A stretch of 64,000 nt of DNA, taken from contig MQRK01227159.1 in NCBI GenBank assembly GCA_001938485.1, forward strand, positions 62,001 through 126,000, in the 5' to 3' direction. Positions 53,101 through 60,749 of this stretch are shown here, piece by piece (positions within the stretch are counted from its first letter, which is position 1; the number at the start of each line of letters is the position of its first letter). The position numbers and the translations under genes are program-made. The stretch comes from Girardia tigrina. Its lineage: Eukaryota. The notes beneath the pieces are model-generated. The model did not search any database. It was given only the letters and a program-made list of their open reading frames with translations, and had not been told where the DNA came from.

Positions 53101-56100
53101 ATTTACGAACTGTGGCCTCTCCAACGACATCAGAATTACATGCTTTGCAATCTATACTCATTTTTAGTGCCAAATGACAATATGTTTTAAATGAATTTTG
53201 TTATCAACTGTACAAATTATTTTATTCAAGCAGTAAATAACTTATTTAATTATTATTTAAAATAAGTGTTATGTAAAACGAAATTCGTATTTTGAGTAGA
53301 AAATGGAAAAATATAATTTTAAATCAAATATATTAATATAAATTAATAATTATTGTAAAATTACAAATTATAATCTCAAAATATTATAACAGCCAATAAT
53401 GTATCCTAACATGAACTTGTACGTTTGCACATTGCAGGTGTGATCCTCCATGTATTCCTTATCTTGGGATGTATCTTACAGATCTATCATTCATTGAAGA
53501 AGGAGCTTTGAATGTCAGTGAAAACAAATTGATCAATTTTTGTAAAATGAGAATGGTATGTGTTTTGATGTTTTTATATTCCGCATATATAAATAATATA
53601 ATCAGCAATTTAAAAATAATGTAATATTTCAGATTGCTCATACTATTCGCGAAATTCAACAATATCAGCAAACACCTTATCGTATAGAAAGACATCCCAG
53701 AGTAAATATTATTTGATATTTATTTATTATTTTCAATTAAACAAATCTTTATTGTGAAAAATTAGGTAAGATCAGTATAAAAAGATAGTTATATTTCTGA
53801 TAATGTGAGCAATTATTGGGAAATTTTAACATAATCAAATAAGGGAAATAAATAATTATTCTAACTGGCATTGTCACTTCCTTTAAATGTTATTGACTTG
53901 CATTATTCACGTAGCTCTGCTAAACCAAAATTAATTTGTCATCAGTATCAATAACATGGAGGCTTTAATCAACTGGATATAATGCCCATTTCAGGAGAAT
54001 TGCATGTTTAACTTATTTTGTAAAATTTTATTCCAAGATTATGTCTACAGATAAAAGTTGGTATATTTGATACTTAATGACTGATAGAGATTTGTTCGTT
54101 AACGATTCTCTTATATAAAGTGTTAAATAAATTTAGAAATCAAATCAAAGTGGAAGTAATATTGCTGGACATACAAAGCATTGTAAAGGGACATGAATAC
54201 CCATAGTTTTAAAATTCTGCTGTCTCAATTTAAGAATTACTTATAAAGAGTGACATGTGAAGCGTTATATAAAAGATATTTGGATCCTAAAATTTACTTT
54301 CAAAATGGTTTCTTGGCAACTGTATTGAGTTTTTAAATAATTTATTGATGACGTGTTGATTACATAATCGTTACCGGCAATAAATATAACGGGTACACGA
54401 CAACTGGCCGCAGGATAACTCATCGGAAAAAATTAATTTTATAACATAATATTTTTTTTGTTTAATTGTACAAATTGGTGATTATAATTTTTAAATTAAT
54501 TTTATTATTTGTAACATTTTATTTCCACTTAAAACTTTATATTTAATTTTTATTAATTTTGTGAGTTAAATTAAATTAATACTTATAATGATACTTAAAT
54601 ATTTTAAATTTGAATTTGAATTTCAATTCCAAATATTTTTTTAATTTCGTTCAGTGAACTGAAGATCAACTAGCTCCTCATACCTTTAATTTTTATATTT
54701 GATTAAACATTAAACTAGATTATTATATGAGCGTAATATACTAATCCTTAAAATTGTATTTTTGATCTTTGTGAATTAATTAATTAAAATTTTACTATAA
54801 TCTTAAAAAAAATTCTTAAAACAAAAATTATAATTGCAATTCTAAAATAATCCTTAAAAAATTATAAACAAAATCCTGCAGCGAGTTGTCCTGCTCCGAT
54901 AGGCAACTTTTTTTAAAGATTAGTAGTTTTGAAGATGACGGTTAAATTTATGAAAACAAAATTTATAAAAATAAGAAAAACTTTCAATTAAAATATTGAT
55001 ATATTGGTAACGAAAATTTTAAATAAATTAATTTATTAATTCGTTATAATTTTTCATTAATCTATATATTTAATTGGGTAAATTTCTTTTACTTTGTTAT
55101 TTATATTTCTTACTTTTAGTTGAAATAATAATACATAATTTGTATTAACAATTAAATTATAACTAAATTTTAATAATATTTTTTTAATTTTTAAAAATGT
55201 TTTCAACAACTCATCATGAAAAGTATGACTTTTAAATCGACTTACATATGCAAGTAGTGATTGTGTAATTAATGAGTAATTATGACATTGAATGCACTCA
55301 ATTTTAAAAAGGACATTTAACAGTGAAATCATCTTTATAAATAAATTAGAAAGTTTTGTTGATATGTTTATCCGCCTGATTGTGGTGTATCGCCGGAGAG
55401 ATCAGCAACTACTTTATTCGACTAATCAGATTGCAGTATTTTCAAGGTCTCTGTGAACGATGCGGTTACATACTCCATACACTGCATCATCCCCAAATAG
55501 CCACTGTATTTCCACTCGAAGGTATTCCGAGATTGATGGCTTCTTCCTCCCACTGATTGTCTCGTACTCCTCTGAAGTTTCCGTCTTACTGTGGAAAGTA
55601 AACTTTTTACTCGCGATTATATCCATGGGATGTCGGAGTCCAATGTCCAGGATGTCCATATGGATTGTTTCAATCTTGTGTTCCTTCCTAACTACGTGAG
55701 AGCATAGGTTATGAAGGACATGCAACTTCTTAATGTTCTTGTCCGCAGCTCTCCAGCTTTCACAGCCGTAGTAGACAATAGGGAATATGCATGCCTTGAT
55801 AACTTTCTCCTTATTCTTCATACTCAGTTTGGAGCTCTTCAGCACTGGTCTCAGGTCCCTGATCTTCTGGATTCCTTTCTTGATTCTTTCCTTCACTTCT
55901 GCATCCACGTTTCCTGCTGAAGAGATCGTGGATCGTAGGTAACAAAAGCTAGAGATCCACTCAATAGCGGCCTCAAGCTGGTGCCCAGCAGTAAGGATCC
56001 GAGTATCTCCGCTTAGGTTCAAAACTTTGGTTTTACCGATATTAATTTTGAGACCTAAATCTAAAAAGGATGCATTTAAAATGTTCAATTTATTTATCAG

Positions 56101-58399
56101 GTTGTTCCAGTCCGTGTCGATGAGGCATAGGTTGTCAGTATATGCTAGTCTGTTGATCTCAAGGAAGCTTCCATCTTCATGTTTCATCATCACTCCTCCA
56201 GAGAAACCGTTCAATATTGCTCTTTTCACTACCGTGTTGAATACAATATTGAAAAAGAGCTGCTCTAAAACACTACCTTGACGCACTCCTTTATCCATGT
56301 TGAAGGTTTCATCCCCTATAGAACCTTCAAATCCCTCATGGAAAGCATTGATGATCTCTAACATTATCCCCCTCATCCCTATTCTTTTTAAACAGCTCCA
56401 GAGAGACTCACGGGGACACAGTCAAATGCTTTCTCCAAGTCGATAAAGATGACATACATAGTAATTTTCTTGTTTCGCGCTTCCACCTGCAATTTCCTCA
56501 AGATACTTATAGACAACTGAGTTCCTCTTCCCGCAGGAATCCATACTGCCACTCGTCCAGTGATCGGAGTGATTCGGTTCGCGATGATTCTGGCTAGAAT
56601 CTTGCCTCCTATATCTAAAAGAAAAATACCTCGGTAGTTATTTGGATCTTTTCAAGAACCTTTCCCTTTGAAGAGAATCACCACTTTGACTTCTCTCCAA
56701 CTTGGTGGGGATGCCTCTAGTCCGTTCCATATGTTCCTAAAGCACTCCTTTAGTAGGGTTAGTATGTTCACATCCTCCACTTATAGATTTTATGGATCAA
56801 TCCATCAGATCCCGCGGCTGTTCCACTCTTCAACTGCTTCACTGCCTCTGCTATTTCCTCTCTCGTCGAAGGAGAATCCAAATCATCGAGATTTAGAGTG
56901 TCTCCAGTGACATCAATCCGTTCTTTCTGCTCTAATTGGGCCCTAAAATAATTATTGAAGTGGTTGGGCAGCTACTTGTTCCCAATTGAGTTCGAGGGAT
57001 TACACAAAGTGTTCTCCTTCGATTGTGATTTACAGAGAATACGTCGTTCCGTGGTGAGCTCCTTCAGTTTTCCTTCTCCGTCATTGTTGAGTATCTTCTC
57101 GATTTGTTTGCCTAGAGCCTCGATTCTTTCACGCTTCCATCTTCTGATATTCTTCTGATAGTCTGCTGAATTTCAACCAAGAAAGTGTCGTTGTTTCTAT
57201 TCCTCACAAACTCAGTGCGTCTTACCCATTTTTATCCAATAAGTATCTTTAATTCATCTAGGTGGTCATTAAGCCACTTTTGATTTGAGGGAGTTCGATT
57301 TGATCTTGTGCTTGCTCTTCGGACCACGTTGCAGATCGTTTATTGACAGACTTCAAATAGGTACCTGAAAATTGAACATGTGGAAATGTTTCGATTATCG
57401 TTTTTTTTCTTCATGATCGCTTCTCGATCTGGCATCTTGTGTTTGCGCCTGTTTCTGTCGTTTCTTAAACTCTTCGGTCTTCTTCCTTCTTCTTGGGCAC
57501 TAGCATTTATAACTACTAGATCGTGGTCGGAACTACAGTCAAATCTAGGGTAGCTTTGGATGTCCGTGTACTTCGATTTCTTTCAATAAGAAAGAGATCC
57601 ATTAATTACTCCTAGATGTTACTAGGTGAGTCCAGCTCGTTCTCTGACTATTTTTCTTCCTGTAAAAGGTGTTTTCAACACGCAGTTCACATGATATCGC
57701 CATCTCGGTAAGCAGCTCCCCGTTCTTTGACGTCTTCGCTCCAGTAGCGTAGATACCTACAACCGCTTTGTACTCTTCCGTGCTCCTAAACCTACAATTA
57801 AAGTCTCCTCCAATTAATAGTTCCCTTTTCTTTTCTCTCGCGAATTTCTTCTCCTTCTCGATATTATTAAGTAATATATTTGAACCAACTGCGAGGTCTG
57901 GTGCTTAGTATTACCCTCTGAACAGGTCTGTGATTAATCAAAATTATTGTTTTAATATTGAATTAATTTGTTATTTACCGCCTCTTATAACATCAAAGAT
58001 TATTAATATCATACATGATTATAACATAAATGGTCATAATTTATTGTGAAGATGTCCATTGGTTGGGGATATTTGATCGGGTCACAATTCTTCACGGAAA
58101 ATTTGTCGGGCGACAATATCCCTTATTGAGTTAGGATCATAATATCCTCTTTGAATTGACATGTACCCTATTTTATTTTTTATACGTGGTTTCGTTTATT
58201 TGACTTATATTATCTCTGTCTGTAGAATGATATTATTTTAAGAAAACTATTTTCATAATTATCATTAAAACATGTTTAGGTGACTGATTATTTATTGGAC
58301 CGTACGAGATTATTAGAGGAAGAGAAAACTTATCAAGCTTCTTTGAGAATTGAACCCCGTCAATCGATTTCTAGACAAGGCCAACCAATTTTACCGTAG
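4144..58399 (+). CDS. RASGRF: RasGRF-family Ras guanine-nucleotide exchange factor, 5'-partial multi-exon gene. Exons: 4144-4507, 16660-16828, 20671-20762, 24440-24730, 24776-24902, 27334-27497, 27547-27762, 27807-28107, 31279-31456, 31508-31730, 42295-42474, 42522-42619, 42665-42749, 48606-48883, 53438-53555, 53633-53701, 58280-58399
   Basis: All 17 exons have AG/GT boundaries with matching phases and no internal stop (3073 nt in total). The translation has RasGRF hallmarks: [12 protein letters not shown]...[22 protein letters not shown] (C-terminal half of the split REM) and CDC25 motifs [74 protein letters not shown]. Confidence 0.88.
4961..6248 (+). mobile_element. Internally deleted Tc1-like element with about 130-bp inverted repeats
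   Basis: 4961-5090 is the reverse complement of about 6108-6248. Remnants [16 protein letters not shown] (N-terminal HTH) and QDGA...[21 protein letters not shown]. Confidence 0.8.
7062..9672 (-). mobile_element. Mariner element with pseudogenized transposase (about 7155-8167), carrying a nested second mariner
   Basis: TIRs CGTGGTGCG(C/T)CCAATA(A/C)GTCGTGAGA flanked by TA; fragments [40 protein letters not shown]...NYFEK. Confidence 0.85.
8241..9345 (+). mobile_element. Nested mariner (cecropia-like): frameshifted, internally deleted, right TIR not found
   Basis: Starts TA|TTAGGTTGG; ORFs 8416-8727 and 8675-9271 with [35 protein letters not shown]. Confidence 0.85.
9732..12467. mobile_element. 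Non-autonomous TIR/foldback element with degenerate ~21-bp TTTAATATGAAAA tandem repeats; host of a MULE insertion
   Basis: Ends TGTTATGC(C/A)GAATTTG(T/A)GTAA(C/T)TGC(C/T)GAATTC are inverted copies; the repeat array continues on both sides of the MULE. Confidence 0.7.
9986..11898 (-). mobile_element. Mutator/MULE element with frameshifted transposase (10345-11633)
   Basis: [56 protein letters not shown] motifs; subterminal GACTTTACCG repeats; 9-bp TSD TGAAAATTT (9977-9985, 11899-11907). Confidence 0.9.
13400..14300 (-). mobile_element. Very degenerate pogo/Tc5-type (DDE_1) transposase remnant
   Basis: Broken minus-strand segments resembling ENPRxIFNMDE and TIKxGF..IYPL. Confidence 0.35.
15203..16416 (+). 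mobile_element. Full-length degenerate mariner
   Basis: Imperfect TIRs TT(T/A)GGTT(G/A)CCC(G/A)GAA..TTCGT, TA TSD; [20 protein letters not shown] and PYTPDIPPFDY motifs with stops. Confidence 0.85.
16660..16828 (+). CDS. RASGRF: RasGRF exon (linker)
   Basis: aatag|TCC GAA...TCA G|gtattt; open frame [14 protein letters not shown]...VKVSLS; phase 0 to 1. Confidence 0.7.
19227..20453 (+). mobile_element. Mariner element with ORF mostly N-masked
   Basis: Mariner-type TIRs with TA flanks; visible C-terminus [18 protein letters not shown]. Confidence 0.85.
20671..20762 (+). CDS. RASGRF: RasGRF exon (linker)
   Basis: atttag|CG GAC...TCA ATG|gttcgt; (A)[10 protein letters not shown]...KFDSM; phase 1 to 0. 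Confidence 0.7.
21042..21375 (-). mobile_element. Tc1-like 3' fragment
   Basis: TA|CAGGGTG terminus; [14 protein letters not shown].[13 protein letters not shown]...CIDVDG motif. Confidence 0.75.
21459..21950 (+). repeat. Unclassified ~490-bp dispersed repeat, copy A
   Basis: Clearly alignable by eye with the reverse complement of 28743-29251. Confidence 0.8.
22300..22879 (+). mobile_element. Degenerate mariner 3' portion
   Basis: [20 protein letters not shown], LLPHxxYSSD, [19 protein letters not shown]; TIR-like end followed by TA. Confidence 0.7.
23000..23960 (-). mobile_element. 5' fragment of a zinc-finger non-LTR retrotransposon (NeSL/R5/R2-like), degenerate
   Basis: C2H2 fingers [24 protein letters not shown] and CPIxNCHKTY..[10 protein letters not shown], then [15 protein letters not shown]..IICDxGSEGR and TFTVEQI, similar to pre-RT motifs of REL-endonuclease elements. 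No RT is present. Confidence 0.5.
24440..24730 (+). CDS. RASGRF: RasGRF exon (Ser/Pro-rich linker)
   Basis: ttttcag|TCA TTA CCT...TCA GTG|gtattt; 97 codons; lies within ORF 24404-24742. Confidence 0.8.
24776..24902 (+). CDS. RASGRF: RasGRF exon (linker)
   Basis: Follows a 45-nt intron; [18 protein letters not shown]...HFKQ; gtaagt donor, phase 1. Confidence 0.8.
25889..26064. repeat. (TA)n microsatellite, partly N-masked
   Basis: Direct reading. Confidence 0.9.
26065..27266 (-). mobile_element. Degenerate mariner
   Basis: Imperfect TIRs with TA flanks; [36 protein letters not shown] and [11 protein letters not shown] remnants. Confidence 0.85.
27334..27497 (+). CDS. RASGRF: RasGRF exon (linker)
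   Basis: ttctag acceptor, phase 1; (I)SCPSYITSP...PIKYK; donor gtttt. Confidence 0.8.
27547..27762 (+). CDS. RASGRF: RasGRF exon (Ser/Pro/Thr-rich linker)
   Basis: Follows a 49-nt intron; [12 protein letters not shown]...SSMPTPTQ, 72 codons. Confidence 0.8.
27807..28107 (+). CDS. RASGRF: RasGRF exon (Ser-rich linker)
   Basis: Follows a 44-nt intron; [14 protein letters not shown]...RSSVVS; gtaaga donor, phase 1. Confidence 0.82.
28743..29251 (-). repeat. Unclassified ~500-bp dispersed repeat, copy B (inverted relative to copy A)
   Basis: Reverse complement matches 21459-21950; both give the ORF MEF(H/Y)VVDARY. Confidence 0.8.
29260..31145 (-). mobile_element. Degenerate MULE-like element with SWIM zinc finger
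   Basis: Minus strand [21 protein letters not shown] (SWIM CxC..CxH); weak terminal inverted similarity CATAAG(T/C)G..TTTT. Confidence 0.55.
31279..31456 (+). CDS. RASGRF: RasGRF exon
   Basis: tttttcag acceptor, phase 1; (W)[13 protein letters not shown]...[12 protein letters not shown]; phase 2 donor. Confidence 0.85.
31508..31730 (+). CDS. RASGRF: RasGRF exon, C-terminal half of the split REM (RasGEF_N) domain
   Basis: [16 protein letters not shown]...[27 protein letters not shown] resembles the RasGRF1/2 motif SAFAIATAG...AATNRVLNVLRHWVSKH. Confidence 0.93.
31793..32836. mobile_element. AT-rich non-autonomous TIR element containing a (TA)n tract
   Basis: Ends (C/T)CCTAAT(A/T)TACTG(C/T)GGATAA are inverted and TA-flanked; related copies at about 36490-37420 and 62855-63720. 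Confidence 0.7.
32898..33140. mobile_element. Compound hairpin MITE-like structure
   Basis: Outer IR ATTATTAATCA(T/C)AGATAAATGC; inner IRs CAG(C/T)AGGTATTG and TTGTCTATATGCAAGT. Confidence 0.65.
33150..33620 (+). mobile_element. Degenerate mariner remnant
   Basis: KFCQKL, RPST, IIACDES and NVKVMLTFF remnants. Confidence 0.5.
35672..36274 (+). mobile_element. Internally deleted mariner (603 bp) inserted in Gypsy RT
   Basis: TIRs CGAGGGGTGTCC(C/A)AAA..TTCGCGGAC, TA TSD; N-terminus [11 protein letters not shown]...SLEDDER joined to C-terminal GIRKL..GDYIEK. Confidence 0.9.
36490..37420. repeat. Diverged copy of the AT-rich TIR family seen at 31793-32836
   Basis: Shared block TTTAGATCTTT...ATATTT..AATGG.ACAT...CTGT.AAA.ATT.AATT. 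Confidence 0.5.
37844..39115 (-). mobile_element. Near-intact mariner, mauritiana (Mos1-like) subfamily, 1272 bp
   Basis: TIRs TT(G/A)G(G/A)TGTACAACTAATTAATTTCGTATTT, TA TSD; ORF 37922-38725 with [47 protein letters not shown]; frameshift near 38790. Confidence 0.93.
40643..40944. mobile_element. Pogo/Tigger-type MITE, copy 1 (302 bp)
   Basis: TA|CAGTA...TACTG|TA termini with IR TGA(G/T)TTATTTGAA; second copy at 46455-46668. Confidence 0.8.
42177..42212. repeat. (TAA)n microsatellite
   Basis: Direct reading. Confidence 0.85.
42295..42474 (+). CDS. RASGRF: RasGRF exon (end of REM and linker)
   Basis: [40 protein letters not shown]...; 60 codons with AG/GT ends. Confidence 0.92.
42522..42619 (+). 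CDS. RASGRF: RasGRF exon (start of CDC25 domain)
   Basis: [24 protein letters not shown]. Confidence 0.95.
42665..42749 (+). CDS. RASGRF: RasGRF exon (CDC25)
   Basis: [28 protein letters not shown]. Confidence 0.93.
43155..43200 (-). ncRNA. Degenerate minimal type-I hammerhead ribozyme motif
   Basis: Core boxes CUGAAGA and GAAA are intact, stem II GACGG/CCATC has one mismatch, stem III is palindromic AUAUAU, and stem I pairing is eroded. Confidence 0.5.
43389..43572. repeat. Inverted repeat (about 65-bp arms), MITE-like
   Basis: 43389-43453 pairs with 43508-43572. Confidence 0.8.
44425..44573. mobile_element. 149-bp hairpin MITE
   Basis: Near-perfect ~36-bp IR ATGTGCGAAATTTTATACCTAACCAAAAACGTG(G/A)GG. 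Confidence 0.8.
46455..46668. mobile_element. Pogo/Tigger-type MITE, copy 2 (214 bp)
   Basis: Same termini and body as 40643-40944, lacking about 90 bp internally. Confidence 0.8.
47480..48030 (-). mobile_element. Possible 5' fragment of a LINE (start of the APE endonuclease)
   Basis: Broken minus-strand segments resembling NIDCIM..W and ISRNNRR..GGF (RxDR..GGGV motif). Confidence 0.3.
48606..48883 (+). CDS. RASGRF: RasGRF exon (CDC25)
   Basis: [10 protein letters not shown]...[47 protein letters not shown]...[14 protein letters not shown]. Confidence 0.96.
49230..49811 (+). mobile_element. Tc1-like 3' fragment
   Basis: [33 protein letters not shown]; ends CACCCTG|TA. Confidence 0.75.
49900..50440 (-). 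mobile_element. Degenerate IS630/Tc1 (DDE_3) transposase remnant
   Basis: Minus-strand YVFIDEVGF and [10 protein letters not shown] motifs. Confidence 0.45.
50461..51772 (+). mobile_element. Full-length young mariner, Dtmar1-like (cecropia subfamily); ORF 50651-51694, centre N-masked
   Basis: Perfect 29-bp TIR TTAGGTTGTTCGATATGAAACGGGTCAAA, TA TSD, 1312 bp. Visible protein ends [48 protein letters not shown] and [10 protein letters not shown] match my recollection of Girardia tigrina Dtmar1. Confidence 0.92.
51780..53250 (-). mobile_element. Degenerate maT/DD37D-type Tc1-mariner remnant with an internal unrelated insert (about 52525-53025)
   Basis: RPLLTTAMK, [19 protein letters not shown], RTKHxx[21 protein letters not shown] motifs. 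Confidence 0.65.
53438..53555 (+). CDS. RASGRF: RasGRF exon (CDC25)
   Basis: [39 protein letters not shown]. Confidence 0.96.
53633..53701 (+). CDS. RASGRF: RasGRF exon (CDC25)
   Basis: [23 protein letters not shown], after a 77-nt intron. Confidence 0.93.
53870..54960 (+). mobile_element. Penelope-like element 3' remnant (GIY-YIG), interrupted by a MITE
   Basis: [10 protein letters not shown]...[16 protein letters not shown]..DPKIxFQ segments; eroded TTGAAGATGACGG hammerhead-like box at 54929. Confidence 0.6.
54391..54900. mobile_element. MULE-like MITE
   Basis: GC-richer ends ACAACTGGCCGCAGGA / TCCTGCAGCGAGTTGT are inverted around an AT-rich core; no clear TSD. Confidence 0.5.
55340..57870 (-). 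mobile_element. RTE-like LINE, 5'-truncated and frameshifted (APE endonuclease plus RT)
   Basis: [83 protein letters not shown] motifs. Confidence 0.9.
58280..58399 (+). CDS. RASGRF: RasGRF terminal coding exon
   Basis: [39 protein letters not shown]-stop (TAG 58397-58399). Confidence 0.93.
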   Translation: MTDYLLDRTRLLEEEKTYQASLRIEPRQSISRQGQPILP

Positions 58400-58738
58400 A
58401 TTGAAAACTTTGTATCTAATGATCTATTAATCTATTAAAAGATGTATTTAAACTTCAAGTGATGGCAATTCCAGGGTATCTCCTTCATCATCTATTTGCA
58501 TTTCATCACATATCTTTTTTTATTCCTCCTTTCCGTTGATATGTATAAATAATATTTTGGAGTATCTTCAAAGAAATTTGAGTCACATTTATTAATTCAT
58601 TGAAAAGATAAATATTTTCTCTCATTTTGTTGTGTTATCTCTACAATATTGTGCATGGGTTTATTTGTTATTTTGTCAAGTGTATCGAATATTTTTGCAA
58701 TTTTACAACTGTCTGTTCAATTACGTTTCTTCTAGTGT

Positions 58739-58744
58739 AATAAA
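58739..58744 (+). terminator. Candidate polyadenylation signal of the RasGRF mRNA
   Basis: AATAAA about 340 nt after the stop codon, followed by T-rich sequence; weak evidence in AT-rich DNA. Confidence 0.4.
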
Positions 58745-59270
58745 TATTAATAAGATTAAAAATGTTTTTCAATTTTTATTCTTCTGAATTAATTAATAAT
58801 ATTGATTATCATTACATTTTATCCTCTAATCCAGTAATAATCAACCTGGTCGCAACTGCCCACCAGTGGGCGATAGAACTTTTTTCTGATATAAAAAGAT
58901 TTTTCCAGTTAGTTCAAATATAATTTTTTTAAACAATATATTGTTGAAAATATTATTTAAGAAATTTTTTATTTATCAGGTATTTTTGATTTCCAGCTTT
59001 TCAGGTATACTTTGCGTTTTGATGTATAAAATTTCAAAACTATAAAAAGACTTCAAATAAATAGGAATTTTTACTAAACATCACACAAAAGGAGTTTAAA
59101 ACATATTATTAGCTATTATTTTTTACACTACTACTTAAAATTCTTTTACGTTGCTCCAGTTCAATGGACGTACAACTTACAAAAATATAATATAAAATTT
59201 ACTACTAATTTTGTTTTTTTTTACTTGTTCGAAATTACCTTTGTTCGGCTTAAATAAACAAGTTTATATA

Positions 59271-60745
59271 CCGTAATTTCCGTACTATAAGGCACCGTAC
59301 TTACTTATGTGCACCGTATTATAAGCCGCACATTGCCTGCTTTTCAAAAAAAAACATTAACGTATAAGCCGCATGTACAATACGCCGTATTATAAGCCGC
59401 ACACTAAATGTAAGGATTTTAAGCCCATTTTAAATAAATCAGTTCAAAAGAAATAAACTAATAACACTAAATAATATATTCACCAAAATATTTTATTAGT
59501 TTTCTAAGAAATCATTTAAATTTTCATGATACTCAGAATTGCTATCAGTTACTGCATCTGAATCCACAGCTTGATTTATGGTCTCAATTACACCTTGTAC
59601 GCCATAACTATTAATAATGCCTGCCTTAATGAAACCGTTAATGATTGTTGATGTTGGAATAGTGTTCCAACTTTCAAGAATCCATTTAGTTATAGAAACA
59701 AAGTCAACTCTTCGCTGTATACCTGTTTTAGTAAAAGTATGATCTCCAGACATCATCCACTCTTCACAAGTGTTTCTTAATTGGCTTTAAATGATTTATT
59801 GACTGAGATATCTAGAGGTTGAACAATCTTAGTCAATCCGCCAGGGATAACCGATAAGACAGTATTGGCATGCCTCAGTAATGACTTTACAGCTTCGGTA
59901 AGATGTGCACGCATTGAATCACAGATAAGCATTGAGGATGATGTGTGGAAGAATCCACCTAGTCTCTTAATAAAAACTTCACCAACCTATGCTTGCATTA
60001 ATTTTTCGTCCATACATCCTTTTTCATTTGCCTTTACTACAACTCCATCAGGAAATTTACCTTTAGGCAAAGTTTTCCTTTTAAAAATTACCATTGGCGG
60101 TAACTTTAATCCACTCGAAGAACAAGCTAAAACAACAGTACAGGATGTTTTTTCGTTTCCCGTTGTCATAATTGGAACTGATTTAGCACCAACTTGTTTA
60201 ATGGTGTGATTAGCTGGCATATCAAGAAGGATAGATACTTCATCCATATTGAAAATGTATCATGGTGTATATTCTTCTCTGTAATTTTTGTTTGACAAAA
60301 CTCACGGAATATACTGGCCTTTTCTTCAAAATCTGCAGGAAGGCGTTGGGCTAATGTCGTTTTTCACCGAATCGAAAGATTATTTCGTTTCATGAATCTG
60401 GTGCACCAAGTTTGTCCTCCTGAGAAATTCATAATTCCTAATTCTTTAGCTAGTGTCTTGGCTTTGAGCCATATAGAGACCGTTGAAATGCTTCTACCAA
60501 CTGATCTCATTTCATAGACCCAATTCTTAATATCATCTTCAAGATGTGCCCATCTTGGAGTGTTTCCATGAAAGCTCTTACGAGATTTTTTAACTTGTCT
60601 CAACTCATCTTCTTGCTTTCTCCATCTTCTGATCATTGACTCATTGACATTGAGTTCTAATGCAGCTTTACGATTTCCATTTGATTGAGCTAATTTAATT
60701 GCTCTTAATTTCCACTCTGAGGTATATGAAGATCGCTTCATGGCT
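59271..60745 (-). mobile_element. Pogo-family (POGK/Tigger-like) transposon, frameshifted; other end lost
   Basis: TA|CCGTAATTTCCG terminus with TATAAGCCGCA subterminal repeats; KRSSYTSEWKLRAIKLA (Brk-type HTH), WCTRFMKRNNLSIR, NMDEV, TGNEK..CTVVLAC, DSMRAHLT and QPLDISVN (DDE_1). Confidence 0.9.
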
Positions 60746-60749
60746 AACG

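Noticed and set aside
42669-53695. Minus-strand ORFs overlapping RasGRF exons (42669-42860, 53459-53695)
   Set aside because: Antisense shadows of real exons with no independent support.
47474-53812. Shared 17-mer TCTGATAATGTGAGCAA at 47474 and 53796
   Set aside because: Similarity does not extend, and real exons lie between the two, so it is not a TSD; chance or an unresolvable relic.
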